DNA from: Octopus sinensis
Lineage: Eukaryota
Reading direction: 5' to 3'
Assembly (NCBI RefSeq): GCF_006345805.1
Contig: NC_042997.1
Location: 198,896,001 to 198,960,000, forward strand
DNA length: 64,000 bases
Of this stretch, positions 26,265 through 39,020 are shown one piece after another. The position numbers and the translations under genes were made by a program. Position 1 is the stretch's first letter; each line of letters begins with the position of its first letter. The notes under the pieces were generated by a model, which saw nothing but the letters and a program-made list of their open reading frames with translations, did not search any database and was not told the origin of the DNA.

Positions 26265-26950
26265 TATAATAAGAAAATGGAGAAATACATCTTAATCAAT
26301 AATCAACTACCAGATAATACCCAATCACATAATTTATTTAAACCACTACATATGAACATTAAGGTCAAACATAATAATATAGAACAAAACAATGTACATG
26401 AATGAGTAATATGATACAATAAGTACAGTATGTATAAGTGAATATAAATAAATACAAATATAAATATAAACTACATCTTACAGCTGTTTCGGTCATGCAG
26501 ATATGGGTGCCTCATTATGCTCATATTAAGACTTGCTGTTGACCTGCAGGTTCTGCTGCAAAACATTCTCGAGTGTGGCCCTTTCATGCGACTTTCTTGG
26601 GCACTAGCAACGTCGTCGCTAGTGCGGGTTACGTTTAATAAGTGTCTTATTAAACCCGACTTTGGCTGGCACTTGATTACAAGTTATTCAAGGGCAGGTG
26701 TCTTGTTGAAGAGATGAAAATTTGGCTTACCCACCTGGAGAAATGGAGAGAGAGAAAGGCAAGATGCAAGTTGAATATGAGAGACAGAATAAAATAGAGG
26801 AGCAGAGGAGGTGGACGTTTAGTTAAAGAGTGTTAGAGTGAGAATAGTGTGACAGATGATTAGAGGCAGGGAACGAGTTGGAAACAGAGAATATCAGTTC
26901 AGCAGAGAGGAAGTGAAGGAAAGGAATAGCGCACCATAGAACATTGGAAG
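26265..26950 (-). mobile_element. Penelope-like element remnant
   Basis: The first ~200 bp match 39045-39250. Minus-strand GACC-GAAACAGCTGTA half-hammerhead at about 26480-26494. Abuts (TA)n. Confidence 0.45.
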
Positions 26951-27084
26951 AGTGGGATGAGCTGTTGAGGGAGGTTGACAGAACCGCGATTCTGCTAAAT
27001 TAGGCGGATCTTCTCTAGTACAGCAAATCACCGTTCATTTCGGTTTCCTCGTCATCTCCTCTGAGAGACTGAGTATATTGAATT

Positions 27085-27420
27085 TAGTCATTACCATCTC
27101 ATTCCAGGTCTTCTTGGGTGTCCCTTTTCCACAAGTCCGTTCCGGTATTTCTTTATACCGTTGTCCTCATCCGTTCACATCACACAACTTTTTCTCCTGT
27201 ACTCTACATCTGATACCTTTACTGCCCAATTTTTCTCTCGTCACATTTGTACTTTGACGTACATGTACAATGATGTTGCAAATCCATCAGAGCATACTTG
27301 TTTCATTTCTTTCAAATTTTCAAATGTTTTTCTGCATTTCCTACCCAAGTTTCACAAACTTGTGGCATTGCTGTTCATCTACGGGCATCGTACAATCTAA
27401 CTTTCACGCTGAGAGAGAGG
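27085..27420 (-). mobile_element. RTE-clade LINE, degenerate ORF C-terminal fragment
   Basis: Conceptual translation LSLSVKVRLYDA...CETW...FERNETSML*WICNIIVHVRQSTNVTREKLGSKGIRCRVQEK...GKGTPKKTWNEMV matches the RTE post-RT motifs (ETW, MLRW, GRPRKTW). Confidence 0.82.
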
Positions 27421-27427
27421 TCAGTTC

Positions 27428-27923
<496 letters not shown>

Positions 27924-28818
27924 ATATTTTGAGAGACTATCAACTACTTCTAGGGAATTTTCTGAGCATTCCAGAATGTCTATTACCCGTGTATTCTTAG
28001 TGTTTATTGCTCCTGCCCATCTGCCAAATTACCTTCGTGTGATTACACGGCACTTTTTGTGTCCATAGTTTGTACAGAGTACGCCGTATGGAATTCCTTC
28101 CTACACCTTTTCTAAATGTAGAACAGGGCTATTTACCTGAAAAGATTAGTGTCTTGATTGAAAATTGACACAATCGTTTGAGCATCTGATAAAAGTTTCT
28201 GCAAGTTCTGTTCAACTGTCTATTCTCGGAGTTCAAATCAAGCGATCAGCTTTGCTTTTCATCCTTTCACCAGTCTTGGACATCAGATTAGTAGAAGTGC
28301 TAGAGCATCAGATGCTTTGTAGTAATTAATATGTTTCAGTTTCGTGCGATCTGAGTTAAAATCTGTCCTCCTGTCACCGAAATAGAAATGTAACACTTCC
28401 TGTCGGGATTTACACCGGACAGATTGTATTAGCAACTGAAAAATGAATGGGAAATAAAATGAATAGCTTCTTTGGCTCCACTGGAAAATCGGCTGCAATA
28501 CGAGGTTTTATATATTAATAATGGGTAGAATATTCAAATTTGAATATTCATAAAGATATCATTAATGCTAATATCATCTACGGTAAATATAAGTAATCGA
28601 TAACACTAGCAACAATAACAGAGGTGGTTAACAGGTATTAATTAAAGAGCATTAACTGGCCGAAATTTCAACATCACTAAGTCATTCTCAGTAATAATTT
28701 TGTTGAAGAATAAGCTCGTACTCTACAATAAGTATTGGGTAACCCCTTAGTTTAATGTGAAATTGTTTTTAATATAACTAAGTATAGAATCAAAATGTAT
28801 ATGTGTATACACAAGTAA

Positions 28819-28866
<48 letters not shown>

Positions 28867-28868
<2 letters not shown>

Positions 28869-29044
28869 CCATGATAGATCGTTAGCTACTACACACATTT
28901 TTTTCTCTTTGTTTTTTCTGTGTCCCTTTCTGTAGAAGAGCGTAGGCTTGAAACGTAAAAGACTTTTTCTATTCCTGAGCGTTATACTAATACATCTGTT
29001 TTGTACACCCCCTGCCGTCGTCTTCTGTTTTTTTCGTAAACTCT

Positions 29045-29047
<3 letters not shown>
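28867..29047 (+). mobile_element. Short Penelope-like element in (TA)n, with a variant hammerhead
   Basis: Related to the 6523 and 19394 copies. CTTT-CTGTAGA-A-GAGC-GTAG-GCTT-GAAACGTA-AAAG has core A6 changed to U. Confidence 0.55.
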
Positions 29048-29091
<44 letters not shown>

Positions 29092-29094
29092 ACC

Positions 29095-29325
29095 TATAAA
29101 CAAGGGCAAAAGAAGAATTATTTCTATGCCAATATGCTGATAATAGACTTTAAATCGTCAATTTCCACATCTCATTATACATTCACTATAAATACTTATA
29201 GTGAATGTATAATGAAATGTATAAATATTTATAGTGAATGTATAATGAAATGTGGAAATTGCCAATTTAAAGTCTGTTATCAGCATATTGGCATAGAAAT
29301 AATTGTTCTTTTGCTCTTGTTTATA
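29095..29325. repeat. Near-perfect ~230-bp palindrome (hairpin MITE-like)
   Basis: TATAAACAAGGGCAAAAGAAG...CATTCACTATAA is mirrored by TTATAGTGAATG...TTTTGCTCTTGTTTATA. A ~31-bp tandem duplication sits near the centre. Confidence 0.88.
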
Positions 29326-31021
29326 ATTTGTTTATAATTTTAATCTTTAAAGGTATTTTGATATGTTCCCACTTTTGATGAAATTTTTTCTGAAAAAATT
29401 GTTATCCTATATTAGTAGTATATATATAAATATACATACACACACACACTACTATCATCGTCAGCCATTCTTTTTACTAAACGATTAGTAAATAAACTAT
29501 TATGCCATCAATCAATTCCTTACCCTTTTCCTTTTCCATGAGGTGCTGATAGCTATTCCGTCTCACGACGGTAATGGCTTATTTATTAATCCTTTTCCAA
29601 ATATAAAAACAATTGGCGGTCGCTAATAGAGAAGTACCTACTTTTCTATATCGTAGAAGTAAAGAACAATATATATAGCCTGTTGCTATGTGATATGTAC
29701 TGGAGTAATCTGTCCATATTATGGCCCATTGTCTTGTCTATTCGGTAGCTATCGGTGCATAAATCATACTTTGGCACACTAATGAGTAGCTGTGAAGCAA
29801 AATAGATTCTTCAGTCTTTTTATATTTTTTATTTATACTTCGCTGCATTTAATCTTCTAAATTATATGAAAGAAGAATAACCGAGATTACGATGCATGTG
29901 GAGAGTCAGACGGTGAAAGTATTAGTTACAGCTTCCGTGTGTTTTATCTTATCCTGCAAGTAAATTGATGCGGCTGTTTGTATTTAAGACAGAAAAAGCC
30001 AGGCACTCGTAGTTTTAATTTAATATTTGGCTGTTGCTCTGAATGTGATGTGTTTTTGTTTCTTCTTTTCGGAATAACTCTTCGACCAATCAGTTTTGTA
30101 ATCTTTATTCTTTAATCCACGTTTCTCCCCATTTTACGAAAAATCTTTACGTTTTGTTTTGTATACAAAAGTATTCAGAAATCGGAATACAAAAATATAT
30201 CTTTGAAATAGTCCATTAAAATGTCTTTCAACATGTTCAAACTTACGTCAGTTACAACATTAAGCTAGCGAGTTGGCGAGCGGAGAAGCTTAAGTTGTTT
30301 ATTTTGGACGGTTTTCATTCAGCTTTCTCCATCGCCCCTTTCGCTCTTCTTACGTAGTAGGAATATTCTATTGTTTTATGCTGTATTGTTTTATGTTATA
30401 CCATCAGCAGTTATTTGCTTTTTATTTGCTTTTCTTTAGTCAGCTTTCTTCTGTTGAATCTTAAATTGTTACTTACAGTACACTCTGCACCGTGTTTGAA
30501 AGCTAATGAGAGTATTGACGCCGCGGTTATATTTGCGTGTATGGATTGAATGGGAGGGATAGTTTACGTAGAATGCTGCTTGTATTAAGTGATCTGGACT
30601 ATTGTATAGCTATTGTTTAAAGGGGGGGGGACTGTAAATGAAGTAGTAGAGACTGTGTGGTGTGGCGGGGCTGTAGCTTACTACTTCAACAAACCAGGCT
30701 TCTCACATATCCAGGTGGTCTGTCATGTTTAGAATTTTTGTTTCGTTGTGGGTGTGTCTGTGTGTAGTTTTTGTGATGCGAAATGTATTGTTCTGTGTTT
30801 TTTAGTAGTTTATGATTTGTTGCGGAGAGATTTGTGGGCCAAAGCAGGGCTGGCAATAATACCATGATGGCTCTATTGCTGTTCTTCTCGTAGAGGGAAC
30901 CAGCGCAAACAACCCCGGGGAGATGGGGCAGCGGAAATTGAAAACGCTGGACAGACAAGTGGCTGTGTTTAATAAAAGTGAAATGAGCTTAAACTTTTTT
31001 AACTTGTCCAGTATTATGATG

Positions 31022-31405
31022 AAGGCGGCGAGCTGGCGGAAACGTTAGCACGCCGGGCGAAATGCGTAGCCGTATTTCGTCTGCCGCTACGTTCTGAGTT
31101 CAAATTCCGCCGAGGTCGACTTTGCCTTTCATCCTTTCGGGGTCGATAAATTAAAAATTAAATACCAGTTACGCACTAGGGTCGATGTAATTGACTTGAT
31201 CCGTTTGTCTGTCCCCTCTGTGTTTAGCCCCTTTTCTGAGTTCAAATTCCGCCGAGGTCGACTTTGCCTTTCGCCCTTTCGGGGTCAATAAATTAAAAAT
31301 TAAATACCAGTTATGCACTGGGGTCGATGTAATCGACTTGATCCGTTTGTCTGTCCTTGTTTGTCTCCTCTGTGTTTAGCCCCTTGTGGGTAGTAAAGAA
31401 ATAGG
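31022..31405 (+). mobile_element. SINE family B with internal duplication
   Basis: Head plus two bodies. Both bodies share the private variant AAATTAAAAATTAAATACC. Confidence 0.9.
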
Positions 31406-31789
31406 AAAATTGTTTCTAGCTTTTATTTTCCAGTTTCATTTAAACAGAGGAAGAGGCAAAAAAATTTGCTGCTTTTATTTATTTTGTTTTTTGCGGTGGT
31501 GGCGGGTCTGGTATTTGACCTCTGCCCCGATATTATTATTTATGTACGATTGTTGTTGTTCCATCCTTTTCACCAAATTTGGGGCTTATTGTTTAAGTAT
31601 GGATGTGTGACGCTTTCCCCTCCTTACCATGTTTTCTATCCATTATGTGGATACTATAGCAATGTATTTAATTTCAAGTGTGTTGGTTTTTACATAGGTA
31701 ATGTGTTTATGTTGAATGGGTAATGGTTTTTTTCTCTCGCATTTATTGCTCACTGGAAAGGAAATAGTAGATTTGGTAGCTACTAACCC

Positions 31790-31980
31790 CCACCAGTCTA
31801 TTCTGTTAAAGCCTTCTGTTTAAGTAGTTGATGTAGAATCGGAGAAGTTGTGCAGCAAAATTTGGTTATTTTTAAGAAGGAGCACCATTTACCTATGTGG
31901 TTCTGTATATTTTTAGGTGTGGAACGGTAATGTAGGTATAGTTTTAAAAGTGTTGGCGTGAGGTTTTGTACTTGTGACAC
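31790..31980 (-). mobile_element. Possible Penelope RT remnant
   Basis: The reading LYLHYRSTPKNIQ resembles the PLE YLHxxSxHP motif. Highly degenerate. Confidence 0.3.
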
Positions 31981-32253
31981 ACCGTTCAGAGAATATCTGA
32001 GATACGTTGTCGCTGTACATTATTTCATTTCTTAAGCGACTTTTGTCGAGATTTCGAATTTTCAGATTTACAATGGGATACTTCGATCAACAGATTAAAT
32101 GATTGATACCAACTTTCATAAGAAATGTTTAATTGGGAAGCACCTTCTCTATCCTGCAGCAAAAACAATTCCAAAGCCTATTATCAAAGTGAGAAGTTCG
32201 GTGTAATAAGTAGCGGTTTGTAAATCCCATTCACGTATTTTCTACATAATCTA

Positions 32254-32930
32254 CCGTAAATCCTCGAGTACAGTCCGCCCTTGAGTATAATACGTAGGGG
32301 ATTTTAGGGGGCTGTACCCCTGAAAAACCTAAAATTTGTGTCTAATATGCACCCCTTGTCTAACTTGAGTCAAGGAGGTCTATATAATGTCCTTGGTTTG
32401 TAAAAATGTATACGGTAAGGTCCTTTATTATTATTGTATATATCACAAAATGGGCGAACCTTCGGTATAAGTGCACACGTGACTTTGTTTACATTTCTGA
32501 AGATAACAGAAACCCTTTTCTCCCACTCTAACCCCCCATATATAAAAAAAAACACCTTCTTGAAATGTATCCGGTACTTCCGGTACTTATACCGAAGTTA
32601 CGCCACATAATGCAAACGCGTAGCTTTTTTGTGCATTTTGTTTGCAGAAAATAAAGAAATAACAGTAATAACGTTTAATAAATGTTGCTTACTGCAAGTT
32701 ATGGATGATTCTTTTATGACTTCATTGCTTTCAGGCTTAGCTAAAGGTATTTTCGCGCCCGACATCAGAAAATGCGTCTGAATAAACATTGCCGGACAGC
32801 AAATAGAGACTCGGACATTGCTTAGAAAATATTTTTCATTTTTAACCTCGTATATAGTACGCACTAGGGATTTTGACCTTTAAATTTTTTTTTTGGGGGG
32901 GGGGGGCGGATTATACTCGAGGACTTAAGG
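32254..32930. mobile_element. Non-autonomous Tc1/mariner-superfamily (pogo-like) DNA transposon
   Basis: TA|CCGTAAATCCTCGAGTACAGTCCGCCC ... GGGCGGATTATACTCGAGGACTTAAGG|TA, imperfect 27-bp TIRs. Confidence 0.8.
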
Positions 32931-33461
32931 TAATCTGGTTGGGTTTCTTCGGAGAGTCCATTTTTGCCGCATAAATATTTGAAAGAATAAACTACATTTA
33001 ACACAGATACGAATGCAATCGTCTGCAACTTTTAACATATTTTGAGCTGCTTTCGTACACTTGTTCCATGCCAGTTGTTTGAAGGGATCAAAATATATAG
33101 TAAAGGGAAATGGAAAAGAACGCCTTTCTTGATAGTTGACATTTAAAAAAATAAAAAACTATTTCTGTGAAAGCATCAACTGCCGCTGGTTTAAAACCTA
33201 TTGTTAAAATGTTTGGCGATATGACTGGCTAGCATATCAATTCCTAAAAACAATGAACTCTGTTGTATCACTTCAGTTCTTCTGGCCATTAGAGTATAGG
33301 TAAGGTTGATTGAGCAAAGATAGAACTGTATTGGAATACTGCGTATTTACACTGGATAAAAACTGGGGAATTCTTTGAGTCGAAAAATAAAATAACTCTG
33401 GCTGATATGATCACTGCCGTACAAAAATAAGTAAAAGGGAAGTGAATTTGAATACATATTG

Positions 33462-33560
33462 GTGGCACCTTGGCCAAGTGTCTTCTACTATAGCCTCGGG
33501 CCAACCAAAGCCTTGTGAGTGCATTTGGTAGTCGGAAACTGAAAGAAGCCTGTCGTGTAT
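33462..33560 (+). mobile_element. SINE family A fragment (central domain)
   Basis: GTGGCACCTTGGCCAAGTGTCTT...GAAGCCTGTCG followed by (TA)n. Confidence 0.8.
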
Positions 33561-33563
33561 GTG

Positions 33564-33595
<32 letters not shown>

Positions 33596-33811
33596 ATTTA
33601 GGGTATCTACCAGATACCGCCAGGCTGAAAATAGCAGCCAAAATCTGACTCTAAAACCACATTAAATGTTCATACAGTACAAGGAGAGAAGACAAATAGA
33701 CAAAATAAGACTAGTAAACAATTACTGGATAATTCCAGATCCCGGATTTCTGACTTTGCATTAGAAATGCTTTGCCTCATCAATGGAATATACACAGAAA
33801 GTAACATAAAT

Positions 33812-33851
<40 letters not shown>

Positions 33852-33969
33852 CATACGAATACTTACATATACGAATGTATACATACATATATATGCTTGT
33901 ATGCAACACGACCAGTTTAAGTTGCCCGCTTCGTAATTCCTCGTGCGATATGGTTAAAAAATTTATATT

Positions 33970-34031
<62 letters not shown>

Positions 34032-34918
34032 GAAAATAAATTTCTTACAATGAGTGGAACATATGCTTCGAAATTTCGACTCGTTCCGAGCGTTCCTTTG
34101 TGAGCCACTGATTCATGATTCCTTGAGGCAATTCAGTTTCGGCTTAGTTTACGATGCAATAACGATTTTCCAGAGTTTTGCTTTTTCAAATGTTAAAATT
34201 TAGCGGTTTCAATACAAGCATTATTGTCTCTGTAATTATGTTCTCTTAATGGTTCGGTTCGATAATGGAATCTACCTGTGTGTGGATTCCCACAAGATGA
34301 TGCATTTCATAATATTAGTCACATTTCCAAGGAACGTGTTCAACATTTTTTGTTTTTATTACAAATTATCAATTCTTTTTGGGGATGTTTTTGTTCGTTT
34401 GCTCACAGAATATTGGAAAGCCTTTTAAATGGACTTGATTTTTATTAACTTTTAAATTGCCAGATAGAATATATAATTTATTTCATTCTTCTTACACTGA
34501 AATAACAGGAAGAAATGACGTATTAAAAATTAAAAGAGTGGACTAATAAACGTATTACGTCCTTTTCATTTCCATGCGAGCGTAGAAACAGAAAATCTTT
34601 CACTTTCTGCGCGCTTCATACTGAGTTTACTGACGATGTATTATATCTTGGGATACAATTTATCTCGCAAAGAAATTACATATATATCGGCTTGCAATGA
34701 ATCTATAATGAACCCCGTGGTTCAGTCTGTACTTTACTGGGATTGTAATTTGATAGTTCAGTTGTTTTTGTGCTGGATTGCAGTTTCACTATTTGTGTAA
34801 TACTTCTGTCCAATCATGAGAGTCAGGGTTCTTTGCACCGTTTACCCGCTCTTGGTTCAATTTCATCACTTTGACATTCAGATCTCTCGGCAAAAGGCAT
34901 ATCATGTCTATATCGTTC

Positions 34919-35303
34919 TGTTTCTTTACTGGCCAAAAGGGGCAACACACAGAGGTAACAAACAAGGACAGACAAACGGATTAAGTCGATTATATCGATC
35001 AATAAAGGATGGAAGGCAAAGTCGACTTCGGCGGAATCTGAACTCAGAACGTAGCGGCAGACGAAATACCTATTTCTTTATTACCCACAAGGGGCTAAAC
35101 ACAGAGGGGACAAACAATGACAGATAAACGGATTAAGTCGATTACATCGACCCCCAGTGCATAACTCGTACTTAATTTGTCGACCCCGAAAGGATGAAAG
35201 GTAAAGTCGACCTCGGCGGAATTTGAACTCAGAACGTAGCGGCAGACGAAATATCGCTAAGCATTTCGCCCGGCGTGCTAACGTTTCTGCCAGCTCACCG
35301 CCT
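34919..35303 (-). mobile_element. SINE family B with duplicated body
   Basis: Family B dimer with TSD TCATGTCTATA(T/A)CGTTC. Confidence 0.9.
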
Positions 35304-35597
35304 CATGTCTATAACGTTCATAGAGAGATATCTGCCACCAACCAAACGCCCGCTCACATTGTCCTTGTTCGACGATCTCCACCCATGTAGGAAATACATC
35401 CGTTATAAGCAGCCGTGTTGCTGTGCCACGCTGTGATTTCTTGAGTGTGCTGTGTTAATCACATCTACTACGTTTATGATCACTAGTGAGATCAGGCAGG
35501 CATCGTTCTCTGAGACAAATGTTGACTGCTTGGTGAAGCCAGTGTAGCAGTGCCCTAACCCACCACACTTGCCGCCCTTAATAACAACACATGTCGC

Positions 35598-36240
35598 GGA
35601 TCTAGTTGGTTTGACTGCCAGCATCAATTTCTGTTGGAAGTGATTTCATATTCGGTGTAATGATACACTTCTATAGGCTAATTAATGATGTGAAAATCAT
35701 TTTCGCTATAAAGAGTTATTAGCAATTAAAGTTCGGAAATTTTGGGTAATTTTAACCAATCGTTAGCCACAGACACGTTCACGCCATAGTAACAAGCCAA
35801 ACATGAGAACTCTTTTGTCAGCGAGAAAGCACATTTATTGACAAATATATTCTTCGCGATGCCACTTGCGTTGACGTTGCTTGTGCCAATCTGTTGCTTG
35901 TATCCTGGTCGTGAGATGTGCTACAAAAAGTTATGAGGGGTTATATGTTGTCCGTTAAGCAGAATTTGATTTGTTTACGGTTTCATATAAACACACGTGC
36001 CATTTTCAGAATGTTGACAACACGTGTAGTCACGCAAAAAATGACTGCTTTCAAATCCTGTTTCCTGATTGGGTGAAAATGATCAAACTTTAAACCTCTA
36101 TAACTTGTTAAAAACATTTTTCTGGAAAAAGTGAAATAACTCCAGCAATTCAGCTTGGAAAAGTATATTAACGTGCCAAATTTTAAAATTTTCGATAAAC
36201 TTGAAGTTTTGAAATGCTGGCAGCCAAACCAACTTGATCC
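35598..36240. mobile_element. Non-autonomous TIR DNA transposon with 8-bp TSD (Merlin- or hAT-like)
   Basis: 27-bp TIRs GGATCTAGTTGGTTTGACTGCCAGCAT / ATGCTGGCAGCCAAACCAACTTGATCC match at 25/27. Perfect TSD CATGTCGC at 35590-35597 and 36241-36248. Confidence 0.88.
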
Positions 36241-36900
36241 CATGTCGCCATAAAACGACGAACCACTGCCCGTCTGAAGATGTATCGAAAGTGGAGAATT
36301 GCAACACGTCTTACTCAGCTGGCGCCGAAGTAAAACAAGCTCCGGACCGGTTGCAGTGCATTCATCTCAACAACGACCAGCCTTGTGGGGCAGGGGTTCG
36401 CATCTGATTCCAACTATACAGTTTACTGCTTGATGTAGACGTATTTTTACTGTGAAGCTTGAGTGCTGTTGTGGATATACAATCGGCCAGCCTGAGCTAA
36501 TTTTAGGAGCCAACACTTCGTTCGAGTGTTCGAATCCATACTAGCGACTTAACTGTATCAGCACTATCGACAAGAGGCTGTTTAATTTGGGGCTTCTGTC
36601 AGATGAGTTACAAGTAAAATTTTTCTTCTCTGAAGTATTCAAAATTGATAAAGGAAAAAAAATAAATACTAGAAACATGCCGTCTGTGAAAAATTCGATT
36701 TTCTCTCTCAGCTTGAAACGAAAGTAACAAGATGATGTCAACATCCGTCCGCTAATTCTTGTTGCAGAAAGATAAAAAGAAATAATTTGATAAGTGAGTG
36801 TAAAAGGACGTTTGGCAATTACTGCCTATCGTTTGCGAAAACGAAATTGGCCTTAAGGCGAGGGAGATGGGGCAACGACTGAGTGGACTTCATACTTCAC
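36241..36900 (+). promoter_or_regulatory. CpG-rich putative promoter / non-coding first exon
   Basis: Non-repetitive sequence, visibly richer in GC and CpG than its flanks. Candidate donor AA|GTGAGT at 36794 and acceptor TTTCCATTTCAG at 37371. CpG decay in repeats increases to the right. Strand is inferred. Confidence 0.4.
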
Positions 36901-38081
36901 ATTATCTGATTCAGTGCCTCATGTTTCCGAGTTTAATCCCATCACTGTCAACATTTCTGTTAAAAAAAGTTCTATAACTGCAAAGGAAACAAAATTTGTA
37001 AAAAGAAAATGAAAGGAAAAAAAAACATACATACAACAAGAATTTCCGATTAAATCTCTTTTTTTCTTTTTTCAAGATTCTTTTTTTTTTAATTTTTTAT
37101 TTGCCTGTGTAGTGTTTTGTTTTAGTCATCTCGATTTAAAGAGAAAAACAACTGCACTGATTGAAAAACCAGTCGGTTGTCATGAATTTCTGCATTAAGA
37201 AGGAACAAGCATCAAGTGAGGTTTTGCGAAAATTGTGCAAACACGACCTGACCACAAAGACTTTTTTAAATAATACAAATTCAACAATACCGTTTTATTT
37301 CTAGTTTTTGCAAAACAAAACAAGATATCTAGTCTTAAGACATCGATAAATTATTATTATTTCCATTTCAGATCCTTTTGATCAACTACAAACATTTTCA
37401 TTCCGGATTTAACACGAAGCCGTTAGTGTGTAAAATAACTTGCGCAACTTGCAACGTCGAGAGATACTCTTATTTATTTAACAATTCTAAGGGAAATAAT
37501 TGGCTTTACTGAGCTGAGGACTCGGCTCAATTGTGTAACCTGGGTGAGGTTATTGACACCGTTTGTGTAACTGAGGAGCGAACGAGCATTAATGGGGTGA
37601 TTGCATGTTTGTTTACACTAATTATCATCGTTGCAATACATCATAACTTCGAAATTATCTGTAGCCAAGCCAGAATCCAGTGAGCCACGATGTCTGTAGA
37701 ATTTTTCCATTTAACAATGATTGAAGTGATTAGTCCGGTACCGTCAGACATTTCTGAGATAATCAAATTGCACAACAACATGCTGCAATCAGTATTGTTG
37801 AACAACAATCGAACAGAAGTTTTCCCCGTGTCCTTGTTTTAAATTACCTAATCAATGAATGTTGTAACTGAATCTTTCATAGTTCATTCTAATAGCTTAA
37901 AAATGGACGAGAATACTGGAGAAATCAAGAAAGTTGGATAGTTATGGCTTAAATGCTGGTTGGACAATTAAACTTATTGATTCAGTATAATGATGCTGCC
38001 TTAAAAGGAGTCTAACAATAAAGTATTAAACTATATATATATAACAATAAAGTATTAAACTATATATATATATATATATAT

Positions 38082-38418
38082 ATTCTACATTGAGAGAAGA
38101 AAGAGATGGACGCTTCAATTCTATGCTGTTGCCGCATTATGTCGTACGCGAATGAGAGGATTTGCATCCCCAACCAAGAATTTTTGATGTAACACATGTC
38201 CTTGTGGAAGTTGTTGTGCGCGGCTGAAGAAGGCCACAGACATACATTATGCATTGTTATAAATCTGTCTAATAAAGGCCCGAAACATATGTACCGCTGA
38301 ATCCTTGGCATCATGTTTTTATTTTGATCATTTTACTCCACCACCTACACCACCAAACGATATATACAGGTGCTTATAATTATCAAGTACTCACCCCGAA
38401 TTTCTGTACTCAACTCAC
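38082..38418 (+). mobile_element. Short Penelope-like/retrozyme-like element in (TA)n carrying a hammerhead
   Basis: About 340 bp of unique sequence bounded by TA tracts, with a hammerhead inside. Confidence 0.55.
38220..38297 (+). ncRNA. Type I hammerhead ribozyme (predicted GUA cleavage after 38293)
   Basis: GCGG-CTGAAGA-A-GGCC...(AGACA/TGTCT)...GGCC-C-GAAA-CATATG-TA-CCGC. Stem I GCGG/CCGC, full core, stem II GGCC/GGCC, palindromic ACATATGT stem III. Confidence 0.75.
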
Positions 38419-38439
38419 TATATATATATATATGTATAT

Positions 38440-38690
38440 TTAAAGGACAAAACCACTAGGTGGTCGGCTGTATGCTAGAAGTAGATCACCTACGATCAAA
38501 CTACAAAGAAAAGAATGTTCTCTAGAGGAAATTCAGCGGACACCAGAACCATAGGCGGGTAAGACCGATGAAAATTATATAAAAAAAAACAGAATTACTC
38601 ACAGACTGGCGGTTTCGTCTATTAACAAATGAATCACTTATATAATCCAATTTTCCGTAGACTCGTCAGTGCGATCGTTCCACAGGTAAT
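38440..38690 (-). mobile_element. Second short Penelope-like/retrozyme-like element carrying a hammerhead
   Basis: About 250 bp of unique sequence between TA tracts, unrelated in sequence to the neighbouring element. Confidence 0.5.
38599..38674 (-). ncRNA. Type I hammerhead ribozyme (predicted GUC cleavage between 38604 and 38603)
   Basis: Minus strand TCGCA-CTGACGA-GTCTA-[36 nt]-TAGAC-GAAAC-CGCCA-GTC-TGTGA. Canonical core, 5-bp stem I (one G-U), 5-bp stem II, 2-bp stem III. Confidence 0.82.
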
Positions 38691-38717
38691 GTGATCACGG
38701 TGATATATATATATATA

Positions 38718-39020
38718 TCACCGTGACCGACCAGGTTATCAGATGTTGCTACACATCACTGGTCACAATGCGCTTCGAATTGTTTTAGCCTTCAAATGAC
38801 GCCACCCCGCTGGCTAAGCGAGCAGGCCAACAGAAGAAAGTGTGAGAGAAAGTCGTGACGAAAGAGTACAGCAGGTATCGCCACCACCCCTTGCCGGAGC
38901 CTTGTGGAGCTTTAGGTGTTTTCGCTCAATAAACACTCACAATGCCCTGTCTGAGAATCAAAACCGCGATCTTATGACCGCGAGTCTGCTGACCTAACCA
39001 CTGGGCCACTGCACCTCCAC
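38718..39020 (-). mobile_element. SINE family C variant with a different 3' tail
   Basis: Head and body match the 11621 copy. The 3' ~110 bp differ and end in TCACGGTGA(TA)n. Confidence 0.85.

Noticed and set aside
36274-36290. CTGAAGA...GAAA as a hammerhead (similar cases at 4715, 24734, 32497)
   Set aside because: No stem II, stem I or stem III pairing.
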